Positions 62,188-64,000 of a DNA stretch of 64,000 nucleotides are shown piece by piece. A model generated the notes under the pieces. That model was not told the origin of the DNA, did no database searches, and saw nothing but the letters and a program-made list of their open reading frames with translations. A program made the position numbers and the translations under genes. Position 1 is the first letter of the stretch; each line of letters begins with the position of its first letter. Source of the DNA: Myxococcota bacterium (GTDB taxonomy: Bacteria > Myxococcota_A > Polyangia > Nannocystales > Nannocystaceae). The DNA lies in contig JBCCHT010000022.1 of the NCBI GenBank assembly GCA_039028615.1, forward strand, positions 64,001-128,000, written 5' to 3'.

Positions 62188-63747
62188 TCAGGACACGCTG
62201 AGCGGCTCGAAGGAGCGAGCGATCGCGGTCAGATCGGCCGCCCCCGCCGCGGCCGACAGCAGCCGCACGGGGTGTTCGCGCAGCGCGAGCATGTCAAACA
62301 CGTAGCCCGGCTGACGCATGCCGACGAGGATGCAAGACACGGGAGCGCACAAAAGCGAGAGCACCACCTTGCGGGACAGCGGCAGATCCCGCCACGGCGC
62401 GGGCAGGTGGGGATCGAGGCGCTCGGCCAGCTGCTTCGCCAGCGCTTGGTGCTGATGCCCCAGGTAGCGCTCGATGGCGGCGAACACCTCGTGCAGCGTG
62501 GTCCCGTAGCTCTCCCACCACTGCGCGAACTCTTGCCGAGGCTCGCCCTCGAGCGCCGCCAGCAGACCGGCGCTGGTCCGTCCCAGGTGCGGAGCGATGA
62601 CCTCGTGACGCAGGTGCTGCCATTGCTCGAGGCTGCCCACCTGCTCGAGCGAGCACGACAGCTCTTGGCCCCACCGAAACAGATCGACGCCGTCGTCGCC
62701 GCCCTCGGTCTCGAGCCGCTTGCCGAGCCCGGTGGCCCAGCGCGCCTCGAGCTTGCGAACCTTGGCCAGCGCATCATCGACCGCGCTGCGCGGGCCCTCG
62801 GCCTCGATGCTCTGGTCGGCCAGACGCACCAGCCGCTCTTGGCCGTCGATGCGGCCCCAGGCGTTGAGCGGGCGATTGACCAGCACGCCGATGTCGGCCC
62901 GGACCGCGATCTCCAGCGGGCTGCGCGACTGCTCGCCCGCGGGCTGAGCTTGGGTGGTGGCCCCGAGCTCGAGCAGGTTCATGGGCAGCTGCACCACGCC
63001 GAGGTGATGGTCCTGCCCCCCGGCCTCGACCGCCGCGTCGATGACCTCTTGCATCGAGGTGAAGGTGACCGCGTCCGGGGCGAGCACGAAGCCGTTGGAG
63101 GACACCCCGTACCAGCCGATGCGCCCCGCCGCGACCTCTTGCTCGAGGTGCGCGAAGGCGGCCGTCAGCCGACGTCGGTACTCCGCCCGCGCCTGCTCGG
63201 CGGGCATGTCTTCGGCCGTCGCGTGCTCGAGGAAGTACTCCGGGTTGTGCAGCAGCAACACGTCGATGTGATCGAGACCCAGGCGCTCGAGGCTCTCGTC
63301 GAGCTGCGCCCGCAGAAACTCGGGATGGATGCAGTGCGACAGCTGAGGGCTGCGCTCGACCACCTCGGCGAAGGGCTCGGGCCGCTGCTGGGCGCGGGCG
63401 AGGTTGTCCCCCTGCAGGTAGCCCGCCTTGGAGACCACCACCACCTGCTCGCGCCGGACCTCGCCTTGCTGCACGAGGTTGGTGAGCACCATGCCCACCA
63501 GGCACTCGCTACGACCATCGCCGTAGTTGGTGCTGGTGTCGATCAGGTTGACGCCGCCGCGCAGGGCGTCGGCCAGCGCACGGCGATGCAGCGGCGAGTC
63601 GTCGCGCACCCGGTAGCCACCGAAGCCGACCGGGCTCACCGAGAAGCCGGTCCGCCCCAGGACCCGGGCCCCGGCCTCGAAGCTCTCCGCGCCGCGGCGC
63701 GTGCCGTCGACCGTGGCTGCGCCGCCGAGCCGCTGCTCTTTGTGCAT
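62188..63747 (-). CDS. Aldo/keto reductase with a C-terminal extension
   Basis: LGRTG..VS.VGFG.YR, IDTSTNYGDG, VSKAG, SLERLG...ID..LLHNP, G.I..YGVS and QLPMN. Confidence 0.9.
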   Translation of the reverse strand: MHKEQRLGGAATVDGTRRGAESFEAGARVLGRTGFSVSPVGFGGYRVRDDSPLHRRALADALRGGVNLIDTSTNYGDGRSECLVGMVLTNLVQQGEVRREQVVVVSKAGYLQGDNLARAQQRPEPFAEVVERSPQLSHCIHPEFLRAQLDESLERLGLDHIDVLLLHNPEYFLEHATAEDMPAEQARAEYRRRLTAAFAHLEQEVAAGRIGWYGVSSNGFVLAPDAVTFTSMQEVIDAAVEAGGQDHHLGVVQLPMNLLELGATTQAQPAGEQSRSPLEIAVRADIGVLVNRPLNAWGRIDGQERLVRLADQSIEAEGPRSAVDDALAKVRKLEARWATGLGKRLETEGGDDGVDLFRWGQELSCSLEQVGSLEQWQHLRHEVIAPHLGRTSAGLLAALEGEPRQEFAQWWESYGTTLHEVFAAIERYLGHQHQALAKQLAERLDPHLPAPWRDLPLSRKVVLSLLCAPVSCILVGMRQPGYVFDMLALREHPVRLLSAAAGAADLTAIARSFEPLSVS

Positions 63748-64000
63748 CAGGTGCTCTCCTTGACGTGACGCGCCGTGACCACCGTGGTGATGCCGCCGCG
63801 CACGAGGAAGTCACCCACGACTTCCATCTCGTGCGGGTCGGTGGCCGCGACCAGATCGTCGAGGATCTTGTTGGTCACCGCCTCGTGGAAGGCCCCCTCG
63901 TCGCGGTACGACCACAGGTAGAGCTTCAGGCTCTTGAGCTCGACGCAGGTTTGGTCGGGCACGTAGCGGATTCGAATCGTCGCGAAGTCGGGCTGGCCCG
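63747..64000 (-). CDS. queF: NADPH-dependent 7-cyano-7-deazaguanine reductase (type I), partial
   Basis: [39 protein letters not shown]...RGGI. The 5' end lies beyond the window. Confidence 0.95.
   Translation of the reverse strand, partial: GQPDFATIRIRYVPDQTCVELKSLKLYLWSYRDEGAFHEAVTNKILDDLVAATDPHEMEVVGDFLVRGGITTVVTARHVKEST

Overview
GC-rich, densely coding chromosomal window, most likely from a myxobacterium (probably Nannocystaceae-like). This is inferred from a MYXO-CTERM-tailed OmpA protein, an ADYC-domain lipoprotein, two membrane Ser/Thr kinases and many lipoproteins. It holds about 47 CDSs and two tRNAs (Lys-UUU and Glu-UUC, neither with encoded CCA). I found no integrase, transposase or CRISPR array. 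Main modules: (i) a divergent ECF sigma factor / RCC1-repeat Ser/Thr kinase pair flanked by secreted-protein genes that share an upstream motif; (ii) two tandem lipoproteins with a ~70% identical 174-aa N-terminal domain, one carrying a c-type heme motif; (iii) a stand-alone ParB-like gene and, 8 kb away, a cluster of three 14-bp palindromes (TGTCCCATGGGACA) between convergent genes; (iv) a LysR/DUF1330/CmcJ-NvfI cassette; (v) a divergent carotenoid oxygenase-thioesterase-methyltransferase / thiolase-KAS III cluster; (vi) an ADYC lipoprotein / TPR kinase / sulfotransferase-like locus; (vii) an FG-GAP/ASPIC operon with a sigma54-type promoter; (viii) an Omp85-DUF4390-NtrY-like kinase operon; and (ix) housekeeping genes (glnE, N-terminal-only glmU, dCMP deaminase, S46 peptidase, queF). 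All family calls are from motif recognition by eye, no database search was run, and several start codons were moved from the ORF track.
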